21,272 nucleotides of DNA from a virus (IMGVR_UViG_2778261501_000004:1-21272), one strand, 5' to 3'; shown: positions 1 through 8,560, counted from the stretch's first letter. Translations and numbers: made by a program. The notes: generated from the sequence alone by a model not told the origin.

Positions 1-981
1 TTATAACGTCACTCCGCCTTTTAGTGGATTCAGAGCGACGGCGTTCTGCAGGTAGTCAGGCGCAAGGTGCGCATAGGTCATTGTCTGCTGAATGCTCGCA
101 TGCCCCAGAATCTGTTGCAGTGCAATTATGTTGCCCCCATTCATCATGAAATGGCTTGCGAATGTATGCCGCAGAATGTGGGTTGCCTGATTGGGAGGTA
201 TATCAGGTTTCACTCTGCGTAAAATCCCGCAAAACTTCTCATAATCTACCTTGAACAATTTGGCGCTGGCCTCCTCTTTAACTTTTTTCTCCAGTTCCTC
301 AGAAATCGGCACTGTTCGCTTTTTACCGTTTTTGGTTTTCAGGAAGGTAACCCTGCAACTTGTAATCTGTGCTGGTTTTAGCGTGGCAACTTCCGTCCAT
401 CTTCCTCCAGTGCTCAGACATAAAAGCGCGACAAGTAAGTCATCACCAGTCAAAACATTTAGCAGTTTTTCGATTTCTGCTTTTTCCAGGAACGTCATTT
501 CAGGGTTAGCCTCCGTCAGTGGCGGCAGTCCGTGAATTGGGTGTTGCCCGGAAAATTCATCCAATTGAATTAATTTTGTGAACATGCCGGATAATCGGTA
601 CATGTCGCGGTTTATCGTTGCAGCACTGATGCCATCACGTAGTCGCATGGAGCGATAATCCATCAAAGCCCTTTTGTTCATCCGGCTCACTGGTATATCA
701 CCTATGCCGCTGATGGTTTTGAGCAGATGATTAAACTCTTTTGTCCCATGCTCGTGGTTTTGCCCGTGGTATTTCCACCAGATGTCGAGCAATTCTGTCA
801 AAGTTCGGCGGTCTGCTCGCTGGCCTCCCCATTCTTTCTGACTGGCATTGGCGATTGTGTATCGCTCAAATGCTAGTGCTTCAGCTTTTCTTTCAAATTT
901 CCTGCGGATGCGTTTTCCGTCGCGACCGCGAGGTCTAATGTCCACTTCATAGCGACCATCATCGAGCTTCTTAATTGCCAT
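1..981 (-). CDS. int: Tyrosine integrase, P2 Int family (326 aa)
   Basis: Start is taken at ATG 981 (MAIKKLDDGRYEVDIRP..., the P2 Int N-terminus as I recall it), not at the ORF-track start 1011. C-terminal catalytic motifs are HILRHTFASH and LGHASIQQTMTYAHL (R/HxxR/Y). The stop TAA is at 1-3. Confidence 0.93.
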   Translation of the reverse strand: MAIKKLDDGRYEVDIRPRGRDGKRIRRKFERKAEALAFERYTIANASQKEWGGQRADRRTLTELLDIWWKYHGQNHEHGTKEFNHLLKTISGIGDIPVSRMNKRALMDYRSMRLRDGISAATINRDMYRLSGMFTKLIQLDEFSGQHPIHGLPPLTEANPEMTFLEKAEIEKLLNVLTGDDLLVALLCLSTGGRWTEVATLKPAQITSCRVTFLKTKNGKKRTVPISEELEKKVKEEASAKLFKVDYEKFCGILRRVKPDIPPNQATHILRHTFASHFMMNGGNIIALQQILGHASIQQTMTYAHLAPDYLQNAVALNPLKGGVTL

Positions 982-1050
982 AAGAAAGCCCTCCGGCGCT
1001 GTATTCACCATCTTGGTGGCAAATGGTGAAAATGTAATTTTTATATAGAG

Positions 1051-1344
1051 TTAGCCAATCCTTTTCGCGGAGTGGTCGGATTCTGTTGACTCTGGCCCAA
1101 TGTGCGCGAGAGCCGGTGCGATTTGTCCCGCTTCCGGCGCTGTTTTATCTGTCATGAGCCATAGTGTGTATTTTTGGAACTGAGGTGCATTGGTGACCTG
1201 CAACACAACTTGGATGCCAGGGTCTTGATGGCCTCCTTCGTAATTCTTTAGCGTTCCTAACGCTATACCGCTGATTTCACTGAATTTTGCTTGAGTTAGC
1301 CCTTCCGATTGTCTTATTACTCTTAATTTCTGTGCGATATTCAT
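1051..1344 (-). CDS. C: Immunity repressor, P2 C-type (97 aa, HTH)
   Basis: Start is at ATG 1344 (MNIAQKLRVIRQSEGLTQAKFSEISGIALGTLKNYEGG, an XRE-type HTH). The C-terminal half (QFQKYTLWLMT...APEAGQIAPALAH) resembles P2 C. The longer 158-aa ORF would run across the early promoter. Confidence 0.85.
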   Translation of the reverse strand: MNIAQKLRVIRQSEGLTQAKFSEISGIALGTLKNYEGGHQDPGIQVVLQVTNAPQFQKYTLWLMTDKTAPEAGQIAPALAHIGPESTESDHSAKRIG

Positions 1345-1479
1345 TTGACATAGTCCTGACTTAATGACTATATTCCCCGAAAAGGTCATTAATCCAGAAC
1401 CTTTTCGGGCGTGAGTCCAGCGCCGCTTAAACGGTTCCAAGCGGTTTTTAAGGGGCTGGATCCTATGAGGGTAACATAG
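1345..1479. promoter_or_regulatory. Lysis/lysogeny switch region (Pe rightward, Pc leftward)
   Basis: Pe candidate is TTGACA (1345-1350), an 18-nt spacer, then TATATT (1369-1374). An 8-bp inverted repeat, TTAATGAC (1361-1368) and GTCATTAA (1386-1393), brackets the -10. The position is equivalent to the P2 Pe/Pc switch. The Pc hexamers are not clearly identifiable. Confidence 0.5.
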
Positions 1480-1752
1480 ATGGAAGTTAATGATTATGTG
1501 ATTAAGTACCCGCTTGATGCGGTACATGCGGAAAAGTTTGCAGATTTATTGGGTAAACCAAAAACCGCAGTTACAGAAATGATAAAGGCTAACAAGCTAC
1601 CGGTTATCGAGCTTCGAGATCCAAATAAGCCGAAGGCCCGCGCCGGTGAGAAATGGGTTTTCATTCCAGAGTTTAATCGCGCTGTACGTGAGGCGTTTTA
1701 TAACCGACCGGTTGAACAGCGTGATGCATGGCTTTTGTGGATGGGGTTGTGA
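1480..1752 (+). CDS. cox: Cox-type excisionase / early repressor of Pc (90 aa)
   Basis: It is the first gene of the rightward early operon. The sequence (KLPVIELRDPNKPKARAGEKWVFIPEFN...RDAWLLWMGL) parallels P2 Cox (KLPVIDMTDP...GRAGEYWVYLP...RDGWLMWLGL, recalled). A GAGGG Shine-Dalgarno (SD) sequence lies upstream. Confidence 0.85.
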   Translation: MEVNDYVIKYPLDAVHAEKFADLLGKPKTAVTEMIKANKLPVIELRDPNKPKARAGEKWVFIPEFNRAVREAFYNRPVEQRDAWLLWMGL

Positions 1753-1754
1753 TT

Positions 1755-1925
1755 ATGAATGAGCCGCGTTGTATTGCTCAGTTACTGCGTAACGAAAGCC
1801 CCAGGGCGATTGACTTCACCATCACCCACGGGAAGGGACGCAAGGGAATCATTATCCGCACCAAAAAACAGAGTCCGTTAAAAAAGGCTCTGACCTTTCT
1901 GAAAAGCCGGAGGGTATGGAAATGA
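1755..1925 (+). CDS. Small hypothetical protein at the P2 orf78 position (56 aa)
   Basis: The ATG at 1755 comes immediately after the cox stop (1750-1752). The gene sits between cox and B as in P2. No recognisable motif. Confidence 0.5.
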   Translation: MNEPRCIAQLLRNESPRAIDFTITHGKGRKGIIIRTKKQSPLKKALTFLKSRRVWK

Positions 1926-2422
1926 CAGTGATGACGCTCAATCTCGTTGAAAAACAGCCAGCAACTATGCGCCGGATAATTGGTAAGCATCTGGCCGTCC
2001 CTCGCTGGCAGGAGACATGTGATTATTATAATCAGATGATGGAACGCGAACGGCTAACGGTTTGCTTTCATGCGCAGTTAAAACAGCGTCACGCAACGAT
2101 GCGTTTTGAAGAAATGAATGACGTCGAACGTGAACGGCTGGTTTGTGCAATTGATGAATTGCGTGGGGCATTCTCAAAACGCCGTCAGGTTGGCGCAAGT
2201 GAGTATGCATATATTAGTTTTTTAACAGTCAGTCAGCGTCGCACTTTATTTATGCACGCACGACTGACAGAAAAAGAATTTAACCAGCCATACTGGCGAA
2301 TTAATGAAGAATCATGTTACTGGCGTGATGCTTTATTCCGTGCGTTACGTGAATTATTCAGTCTGTTTGAGTATGCACCGACAATTCTGACGTCGGTAAA
2401 ACCAGAGCAATATCTGCATTAA
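1922..2422 (+). CDS. B: Replication protein B (helicase-loader type), 166 aa
   Basis: The sequence MTVMTLNLVEKQPA...TSVKPEQYLH matches my recollection of P2 gpB. GGAGGG (1909-1914) is better spaced for ATG 1922 than for the upstream in-frame ATG 1916. Confidence 0.85.
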   Translation: MTVMTLNLVEKQPATMRRIIGKHLAVPRWQETCDYYNQMMERERLTVCFHAQLKQRHATMRFEEMNDVERERLVCAIDELRGAFSKRRQVGASEYAYISFLTVSQRRTLFMHARLTEKEFNQPYWRINEESCYWRDALFRALRELFSLFEYAPTILTSVKPEQYLH

Positions 2423-2486
2423 ATAATTAACCAGAGTTTTTAACGCACTTAATCGTGCGGGGGCTTCTTTTTGCCTGGAGAAAGTC

Positions 2487-2711
2487 ATGCATACAGTTTC
2501 TGAAAACAAGTGCGGTAAATACGCATTACTGCTGCAACAGGCCAGAGCCGAAGCACAGGCCGACGCAGCGACACGCTTTTCTTCTCATCTTGACGCCATG
2601 ATTCGCCATATCACAAAGGCGGAGTTATCCCGCGTGGAGATAGTCGAGCTGCTCAGTCAGGAGTCGGAAAAATTTCACAATATCGGATTGTCTCGCGGGG
2701 AGGTGCTTTGA
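2487..2711 (+). CDS. Hypothetical early protein (P2 orf80 position, 74 aa)
   Basis: SD GGAGAAAG lies upstream. The stop overlaps the next start (ATGA-type coupling at 2708-2711). Assigned by synteny. Confidence 0.6.
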   Translation: MHTVSENKCGKYALLLQQARAEAQADAATRFSSHLDAMIRHITKAELSRVEIVELLSQESEKFHNIGLSRGEVL

Positions 2712-3010
2712 TGTCCTGTTCTAATTCAGTTGTATTACTGAATAACGCCTTAAAAATCGCCGTTATGAAAAATGGCGATTTATCTCTTATTCAACTTTGC
2801 CTTGATAAAGAAAAACGCGACATAACTGAATCTGTTATCGCGATTTATCAGAATGAATTAAACCTCCTGTCTGATGTGGTCAATTTACTTGTTAAACGCG
2901 CTGTATTCCACAAGCAAATTTCCTCAGTGGATGAACTGACAAAATTAACGACAGAACTTGCCAGTTATTGCGCTGATGTATCCAGGAAACTTAACGATAA
3001 AAGGAGCTGA
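2708..3010 (+). CDS. Hypothetical early protein (P2 orf81 position, 100 aa)
   Basis: Coupled to its neighbours and assigned by synteny. No motif recognised. Confidence 0.6.
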   Translation: MMSCSNSVVLLNNALKIAVMKNGDLSLIQLCLDKEKRDITESVIAIYQNELNLLSDVVNLLVKRAVFHKQISSVDELTKLTTELASYCADVSRKLNDKRS

Positions 3011-3012
3011 TA

Positions 3013-3237
3013 ATGCCGGACAACGTAGATTTTATTCAGGAACAACAGACTGAATTACTGGAGCGTCAGATTAACGCGGCAAGGGTAAAGCATTGCGGTG
3101 TTTCTGCGCTGGTTTGCGAAGAGTGTGACGCGCCAATACCTGCTGCCCGTCGTGCGGCTTATCCGTCAGCCACGCGTTGTGTTTCCTGCCAGTCAGTCTT
3201 TGAAGCAAAAAACAAACATTACCGGAGAACGGCATGA
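3013..3237 (+). CDS. TraR/DksA-type C4 zinc-finger protein (P2 orf82 position, 74 aa)
   Basis: CEECDAPIPAARR...TRCVSCQ gives a CxxC-N17-CxxC pattern typical of the TraR/DksA family. SD AAGGAG lies upstream. Confidence 0.75.
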   Translation: MPDNVDFIQEQQTELLERQINAARVKHCGVSALVCEECDAPIPAARRAAYPSATRCVSCQSVFEAKNKHYRRTA

Positions 3238-3509
3238 GTATTCGTATTGAAATTGGCGAACGTTATGTCGTTACCAGTGACAGCTTTCAGTTTATTCTCC
3301 ACGAGAAAAAGAGAGCGGAAAGCGGTAAAAACGCCGGTCAGGAATGGCTGTCGGTGGTTGGTTATTATCCGAAATTAAGCCAGCTCGTTTCCGGCCTGAT
3401 GCATCACGATATTCTGACCGGAAGCGCAAAGTCTTTTGCTGATTTAAACGCGCAGGTTGAGCAACTCAGCAGGCGTTGTTCAGAGGCTTTTGGCTCATAT
3501 GGCCGTTAA
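3234..3509 (+). CDS. Hypothetical early protein (P2 orf83 position, 91 aa)
   Basis: ATGA overlap with the preceding gene. The 3' end overlaps the start of A. Assigned by synteny. Confidence 0.6.
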   Translation: MSIRIEIGERYVVTSDSFQFILHEKKRAESGKNAGQEWLSVVGYYPKLSQLVSGLMHHDILTGSAKSFADLNAQVEQLSRRCSEAFGSYGR

Positions 3510-5784
3510 AGCCTCCGGGCGTTTTGTCCCTCCGTCAGCATTTGCCGCAGGCACCGGTAAGGCGTTTACCGGTGCTTATGCATGGAACGCGCCACGCGAG
3601 GCTGTCGGGCGCGAAAGACCCCTTACACGTGACGAGATGCGTCAGGTGCAAGGTGTTTTATCCACGATTAACCGCCTGCCTTACTTTTTGCGCTCGCTGT
3701 TTACTTCACGCTATGACTACATCCGGCGCAATAAAAGCCCGGTGCACGGGTTTTATTTCCTCACATCCACTTTTCAGCGTCGTTTATGGCCGCGCATTGA
3801 GCGTGTGAATCAGCGCCATGAAATGAACACCGACGCGTCGTTGCTGTTTCTGGCAGAGCGCGACCAGTATGCGCGCCTGCCGGGGATGAATGACAAGGAG
3901 CTGAAAAAGTTTGCTGCCCGTATCTCATCGCAGCTTTTCATGATGTATGAGGAACTCTGCGATGCCTGGGTTGATGCACATGGCGAAAAAGAATCGCTGT
4001 TTACGGATGAGGCGCAGGCTCACCTCTATGGTCATGTTGCTGGCGCTGCGCGTGCTTTCAATATTTCCCCGCTTTACTGGAAAAAATACCGTAAAGGGCA
4101 GATGACCACGAGGCAGGCATATTCTGCCATTGCCCGCCTGTTTAACGATGAGTGGTGGACTCATCAGCTTAAAGGCCAGCGTATGCGCTGGCATGAGGCG
4201 TTACTGATTGCTGTCGGGGAGGTCAATAAAGACCGTTCTCCTTATGCCAGTAAACATGCCATTCGTGATGTGCGTGCGCGCCGCCAGGCAAATCTGGAAT
4301 TTCTTAAATCGTGTGACCTTGAAAACAAGGAAACCGGCGAGCGCATCGACCTTATCAGTAAGGTGATGGGCAGTATTTCTAATCCTGAAATTCGCCGGAT
4401 GGAGCTGATGAACACCATTGCCGGTATTGAGCGTTACGCCGCCGCAGAGGGTGATGTGGGGATGTTTATCACGCTGACCGCGCCGTCAAAGTATCACCCG
4501 ACACGTCAGGTCAGAAAAGGCGAAAGTAAAACCGTTCAGCTTAATCACGGCTGGAACGATGAGGCATTTAATCCAAAGGATGCGCAGCGTTATCTCTGCC
4601 GCATCTGGAGCCTGATGCGCACGGCATTCAAGGATAATGATTTACAGGTCTACGGTTTGCGTGTCGTCGAGCCACACCACGACGGAACGCCGCACTGGCA
4701 TATGATGCTTTTTTGTAATCCACGCCAGCGTAACCAGATTATCGAAATCATGCGTCGCTACGCGCTCAAAGAGGATGGAGACGAAAGAGGAGCTGCGCGA
4801 AACCGTTTTCAGGCAAAACACCTTAACCGGGGCGGTGCTGCGGGATATATCGCGAAATACATTTCAAAAAACATCGACGGCTATGCACTGGATGGTCAGC
4901 TCGATAACGACACCGGCAGGCCGCTGAAAGACACTGCAGCGGCTGTTACCGCATGGGCGTCAACGTGGCGCATCCCGCAATTTAAAACGGTTGGCCTGCC
5001 GACAATGGGGGCTTACCGTGAACTACGCAAATTGCCGCGCGGCGTCAGCATTGCTGATGAGTTTGACGAGCGCGTCGAGGCTGCACGCGCCGCCGCAGAC
5101 AGTGGTGATTTTGCGTTGTATATCAGCGCGCAGGGTGGGGCAAATGTCCCGCGCGATTGTCAGACTGTCAGGGTTGCCCGTAGCCCGTCGGATGACGTTA
5201 ACGAGTACGAGGAAGAAGTCGAGAGAGTGGTCGGCATTTACGCGCCGCATCTCGGCGCGCGTCATATTCATATCACCAGAACGACGGACTGGCGCATTGT
5301 TCCGAAAGTGCCGGTCGTTGAGCCTTTGACTTTAAAAAGCGGCATCGCCGCGCCTCGGAGTCCTGTCAATAACTGTGGAAAGCTTACCGGCGGTGATACT
5401 TCGTTACCGGCTCCCACACCTTCTGAGCACGTCGCAGCAGTGCTTAATCTGGTTGATGACGGTGTTATCGAATGGAATGACCCGGAGGTCGTGAGGGCGC
5501 TCAGGAGCGCATTAAAATACGGCCTGAGAACCTCAAACCGTCAGCAAAGAAACGGAAGCCCGTTAAAACCGCATGAAATTGCACCATCGGCCAGACTGAC
5601 CCGGTCGGAAAGAATGCAAATTACCCGTATCCGCGTTGACCTTGCTCATAACGGTATCAGGCCGCAGCGATGGGAGCTTGAGGCGCTGGCGCGTGGCGCG
5701 ACCGTAAATTATGACGGGAAAAAATTCACTTATCCGGTCGCTGATGAGTGGCCGGGATTCTCAACAGTAATGGAGTGGAAATGA
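3499..5784 (+). CDS. A: Rolling-circle replication initiator gpA (761 aa, HUH endonuclease)
   Basis: Start is at ATG 3499 (MAVKASGRFVPP...), giving the 761 aa of P2 gpA. The HUH motif is PHWHMMLF and the two-tyrosine motif is YIAKYISK. The upstream 14 codons of the ORF-track call overlap orf83. Confidence 0.95.
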   Translation: MAVKASGRFVPPSAFAAGTGKAFTGAYAWNAPREAVGRERPLTRDEMRQVQGVLSTINRLPYFLRSLFTSRYDYIRRNKSPVHGFYFLTSTFQRRLWPRIERVNQRHEMNTDASLLFLAERDQYARLPGMNDKELKKFAARISSQLFMMYEELCDAWVDAHGEKESLFTDEAQAHLYGHVAGAARAFNISPLYWKKYRKGQMTTRQAYSAIARLFNDEWWTHQLKGQRMRWHEALLIAVGEVNKDRSPYASKHAIRDVRARRQANLEFLKSCDLENKETGERIDLISKVMGSISNPEIRRMELMNTIAGIERYAAAEGDVGMFITLTAPSKYHPTRQVRKGESKTVQLNHGWNDEAFNPKDAQRYLCRIWSLMRTAFKDNDLQVYGLRVVEPHHDGTPHWHMMLFCNPRQRNQIIEIMRRYALKEDGDERGAARNRFQAKHLNRGGAAGYIAKYISKNIDGYALDGQLDNDTGRPLKDTAAAVTAWASTWRIPQFKTVGLPTMGAYRELRKLPRGVSIADEFDERVEAARAAADSGDFALYISAQGGANVPRDCQTVRVARSPSDDVNEYEEEVERVVGIYAPHLGARHIHITRTTDWRIVPKVPVVEPLTLKSGIAAPRSPVNNCGKLTGGDTSLPAPTPSEHVAAVLNLVDDGVIEWNDPEVVRALRSALKYGLRTSNRQQRNGSPLKPHEIAPSARLTRSERMQITRIRVDLAHNGIRPQRWELEALARGATVNYDGKKFTYPVADEWPGFSTVMEWK

Positions 5785-6227
5785 TGGCAAAAATTCACGA
5801 GGTAAAGCTGCACGCCAAATATTTTGACCTTGTGCTGGAAGGAAAGAAACGCGCAGAGTTTCGGAAAAATGACCGTAATTATGAGCGCGGGGACACGTTG
5901 ATTTTGCATGAATGGGTACAGGGTGTGTATACGGGGCGAAAGGTTGAAGCCCGGATAACAGATGTTACTGACCTGTCAGACTGGCTGGAAGATTATGTCT
6001 TGCTAAGTATTGAGCGGCTTAATACAGGCGCATATGAGATTGTGAACTGGAAAGAACTTAGTGAGCGTGGTCTGGTATTCAGAATTAATCATGAAATTAT
6101 GCATCAGCTCGGCCTTGCTGTTATGTATGAGCCGGAGACGGGGCTGTCTGGCGGGGCAGTGGTTACTGCGGATGGGATATGGAACTATTCAGATGAACAG
6201 GTGGAGCGTACAAAGCAAAACGGGTGA
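5781..6227 (+). CDS. ASCH/DUF3850-like protein with a C-terminal extension (about 148 aa)
   Basis: The N-terminus HEVKLHAKYFDLVLEGKKRAEFRKNDRNYERGDTLILHEW fits the ASCH-like DUF3850 pattern as I recall it. The start (5781 or 5784) overlaps the A stop (5782-5784). This is the P2 orf91 position. Confidence 0.6.
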   Translation: MMAKIHEVKLHAKYFDLVLEGKKRAEFRKNDRNYERGDTLILHEWVQGVYTGRKVEARITDVTDLSDWLEDYVLLSIERLNTGAYEIVNWKELSERGLVFRINHEIMHQLGLAVMYEPETGLSGGAVVTADGIWNYSDEQVERTKQNG

Positions 6228-6442
6228 CTTGGATAATGCACAGAATACCAGGCGAGATACCGCACCATAAAACTAAAAATATCAAGCTGATGGCTATTGT
6301 TCAGCGTTTACAGCGGATTATGGTCAACGAAAATCTGACGCCCGATGAGCTGGTCGGGTGTGCCGAAATAGTCCGGGATAATTACGGGCGGTTTAACCAT
6401 ATCGGTCAATCAAGAGTTACGCCACCACCACGCAGACGATAG
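6224..6442 (+). CDS. Small hypothetical protein (72 aa from GTG 6224, or 68 aa from ATG 6236)
   Basis: GTGA overlap with the preceding stop. No motif recognised. It is the last ORF before the AT-rich island. Confidence 0.35.
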   Translation: MTWIMHRIPGEIPHHKTKNIKLMAIVQRLQRIMVNENLTPDELVGCAEIVRDNYGRFNHIGQSRVTPPPRRR

Positions 6443-6663
6443 AGAACGCCGCCAGTCGTGAAACTTGTTTTCAGGGCTGGCGGGGTTGAACAACGAGCGA
6501 AGCGAGGCGTTAGCTAGGCTTTCTATATTGTTTACAATTAAACCTATCCAGAATTAATTGGAATTCAATTTGATCTTTTTCTCGCTACATATGGCCACAA
6601 GTACCAAAACGTGAGAACATCAAAGCTAGGCGAAATCTAGCTTTTCCATAGGAGTTGTTTCGT

Positions 6664-6690
6664 TATAATACGCGGTCGGTTTTTAGGAGG
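6664..6690 (+). promoter_or_regulatory. Candidate -10 element and ribosome-binding site of the methyltransferase gene
   Basis: TATAAT at 6664-6669. AGGAGG at 6685-6690, 5 nt before ATG 6696. No convincing -35 hexamer. Confidence 0.4.
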
Positions 6691-6695
6691 GGTCA

Positions 6696-7634
6696 ATGCC
6701 AACTGTAGTGTCGCTTTTTTCCGGGTGTGGTGGTTCTGATGCAGGAGTCTTGAAGGCTGGGTTTGATGTTCTAATGGCGAATGACATTTTACCTTACGCT
6801 CGTGATGTGTATTTGGCTAACCATCCAGAAACTGATTATGTTTTGGGTGATGTCTCCACTATTGAATCGTTTCCATCTGCTGAACTGCTGGTTGGTTGCT
6901 ATCCCTGTCAAGGTTTTAGCCAAGGTGGAGTTCGAAAAGCTGATAGAAAAATTAATACGCTATACTTAGAGTTTGCAAGAGCTTTAAGAATAGTTAAGCC
7001 AAAAGCGTTCATTGTTGAAAACGTTTCTGGCATGTTGCGAAGTAACTTTGAACATTTGTTGAAAGATCAGTTCAAGGTTTTCGAAGAGGCTGGTTACAGA
7101 GTTAAATCTAAAATTCTAAATGCTTCTCATTTTGGTGTTGCTCAGGATCGTAAGCGCATTTTTATTGTTGGCATACATGAGAGATTTGGAGTTGATTTTT
7201 CGTTTCCAGTCGCGACTCATGGCGAAGGATTGAAAAGAGTGACTACTATCCGTGATGCGATAGGTTCGTTACCGGAATGGCCTGTTGGAGAGTTTTATGA
7301 TGCCGATTTCCATTGGTATTATTTATCAAGAAATCGCCGTCAGGACTGGGATCAAATCTCAAAAACCATAGTTGCTAATCCAAGGCATATGCCTTTACAT
7401 CCAATTAGTCCAACTCTTATAAAGTTAGGTCCAGATAAATGGCAATTTACATCAAATGAACGTGCACGGCGTTTTAGTTTTCGTGAGGCTGCTTATCTTC
7501 AAGGATTTAGTAATTTAGTTTTTCCTGAAACAGAGCGAGCATCCATGAATATGAAATATACAGTTGTCGGAAACGCCGTACCGCCCCCTTTATTCGAAGC
7601 GGTAGCGCGTTCATTACCTGATATTTGGGATTAA
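6696..7634 (+). CDS. DNA (cytosine-5)-methyltransferase, 312 aa, complete motif set
   Basis: Motif I LFSGCGG, motif IV PCQGFS (PCQ encoded at 6903-6911), motif VI ENV, motif VIII QDRKRIF, motif IX RRFSFREAAYLQGF, motif X GNAVPP. A short variable region of about 100 aa lies between motifs VIII and IX. Confidence 0.92.
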   Translation: MPTVVSLFSGCGGSDAGVLKAGFDVLMANDILPYARDVYLANHPETDYVLGDVSTIESFPSAELLVGCYPCQGFSQGGVRKADRKINTLYLEFARALRIVKPKAFIVENVSGMLRSNFEHLLKDQFKVFEEAGYRVKSKILNASHFGVAQDRKRIFIVGIHERFGVDFSFPVATHGEGLKRVTTIRDAIGSLPEWPVGEFYDADFHWYYLSRNRRQDWDQISKTIVANPRHMPLHPISPTLIKLGPDKWQFTSNERARRFSFREAAYLQGFSNLVFPETERASMNMKYTVVGNAVPPPLFEAVARSLPDIWD

Positions 7635-8560
7635 CTCAACACATAATCCATAGCCACTAAGTCATCAACAAACGTTAGATTGTCTTGGTGGTTTATCTGT
7701 GGATATTTTTTAGTCAGATTTACTAGTCTAAGTCTATCAACAAATATTGCAGCACCAAAATCACTCCTGTGAGCCCAGTCGCGGTTATGCCATCTTAAAT
7801 CTTGTGGAAGAAAATAATATGTTGACCATGGATGTAAGACAGGAAGCAAATTCCACAATTTAGCCGGTGTGGCCTCAAGTTGTTTTGCTACCCATTCAGT
7901 TTTTGAACATCCACATTGAGCAAGAGCAAGAGGTATAGACTCACGATTATCTCCCATATCATGCCAAGCGAGTATATCAATTCCTCCATCTCCCCTGTCA
8001 TTTGGTTTGAAATCTTCAATTGAAAAATTAGCTTTACATCTGAAATCTTGTGCTATTTTAGTTAACTTATCAAAGAGTAAGCCAGTGTAGTGACCTGAAT
8101 TACCTGCGCTAGCCCAACAGTGTTTAACTGTTGCTCCTTCAGGCATGAGGGCTTGAAATATGGGATAGCTTATTTTCTCAAATGCACTTGTAAATATGTC
8201 ACGGTGACTATTTTCTATATATTTTATATTTGCACAGGCTAAGAGTGCTATGTATAGTTTTTCATTTTGATTGTAATCAGCAATATTATGCTTTCTTAAG
8301 AATAATGTGTCTCTGTCATCAGAAAAATAAAAGGGGTAATCATCACCGAAAAGGCTAATTCTTGTGTCAATGAATGTCGCTGCAAAATTCCATTTATCGT
8401 CAGAATACCCGCGTGACTTTGGATTTGCTTGAGACCTAAAGAGGCTTGCTAGATCTCCTCTACTAAAGCATTTGTCTGTATTTACTGTAGCCCATAACTC
8501 TAAATAGTCGCCCCATAAATATGGCTCGTTATCGGGTAATGAGTCCATGTGAAAAATCAT
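7631..8560 (-). CDS. Hypothetical protein with an Mrr-like / PD-(D/E)xK-like motif; putative nuclease (309 aa)
   Basis: RGDGGIDILAW...LALAQCGCSK (codons 189-220, nt 7901-7996) resembles the Mrr-cat signature GDGGID...QxK, but with extra residues in the Q..K element. SD GAGGAAG lies upstream. The start overlaps the upstream stop (TAATG). The function is an inference. Confidence 0.6.
   Translation of the reverse strand: MIFHMDSLPDNEPYLWGDYLELWATVNTDKCFSRGDLASLFRSQANPKSRGYSDDKWNFAATFIDTRISLFGDDYPFYFSDDRDTLFLRKHNIADYNQNEKLYIALLACANIKYIENSHRDIFTSAFEKISYPIFQALMPEGATVKHCWASAGNSGHYTGLLFDKLTKIAQDFRCKANFSIEDFKPNDRGDGGIDILAWHDMGDNRESIPLALAQCGCSKTEWVAKQLEATPAKLWNLLPVLHPWSTYYFLPQDLRWHNRDWAHRSDFGAAIFVDRLRLVNLTKKYPQINHQDNLTFVDDLVAMDYVLS

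Noticed and set aside
1423-1449. CCGCTT-N10-AAGCGG followed by TTTTT, between Pe and cox.
   Set aside because: It has only a 6-bp stem with a 10-nt loop. A terminator here would block the essential early operon. It may be an attenuator or part of Pc, but the support is too weak.
1345-1527. N-terminal extension of the repressor ORF (the 158-aa version).
   Set aside because: It would read across the Pe promoter and into cox. The 97-aa version starting at ATG 1344 matches the P2 C size and begins just before the HTH.
3476-5329. Alternate-frame ORFs inside gene A (3476-3808, 3925-4194, 4991-5329, 5023-5271).
   Set aside because: They are nested in the well-supported gpA frame, which carries the HUH and YxxxY motifs. 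They have no start context or motifs of their own.
5349-5368. GCGCCTCGGAGTCCTGTCAA inside gene A looked familiar as the P2 ori / gpA nick site.
   Set aside because: It is established that the P2 origin lies within the A coding region. However, I cannot verify this exact sequence or the cleavage position from memory, so it is not annotated as a feature.
6449-6483. Hairpin CCGCCAG ... CTGGCGG just after the 72-aa ORF, considered as an early-operon terminator.
   Set aside because: The loop is about 21 nt and no U-run follows, so it is not a convincing intrinsic terminator.
6545-6575. GAATTAATTGGAATTCAATT repeats (including a GAATTC site) upstream of the MTase, considered as an operator.
   Set aside because: The symmetry is imperfect, the DNA is very AT-rich so such repeats arise by chance, and there is no partner regulator gene.
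6696-7634. The MTase interpreted as a Dcm/Vsr-type housekeeping pair or part of a Type I/III system.
   Set aside because: There is no vsr, hsdS/hsdR, res or helicase gene nearby. The gene is small and monospecific-looking and sits in foreign AT-rich DNA.
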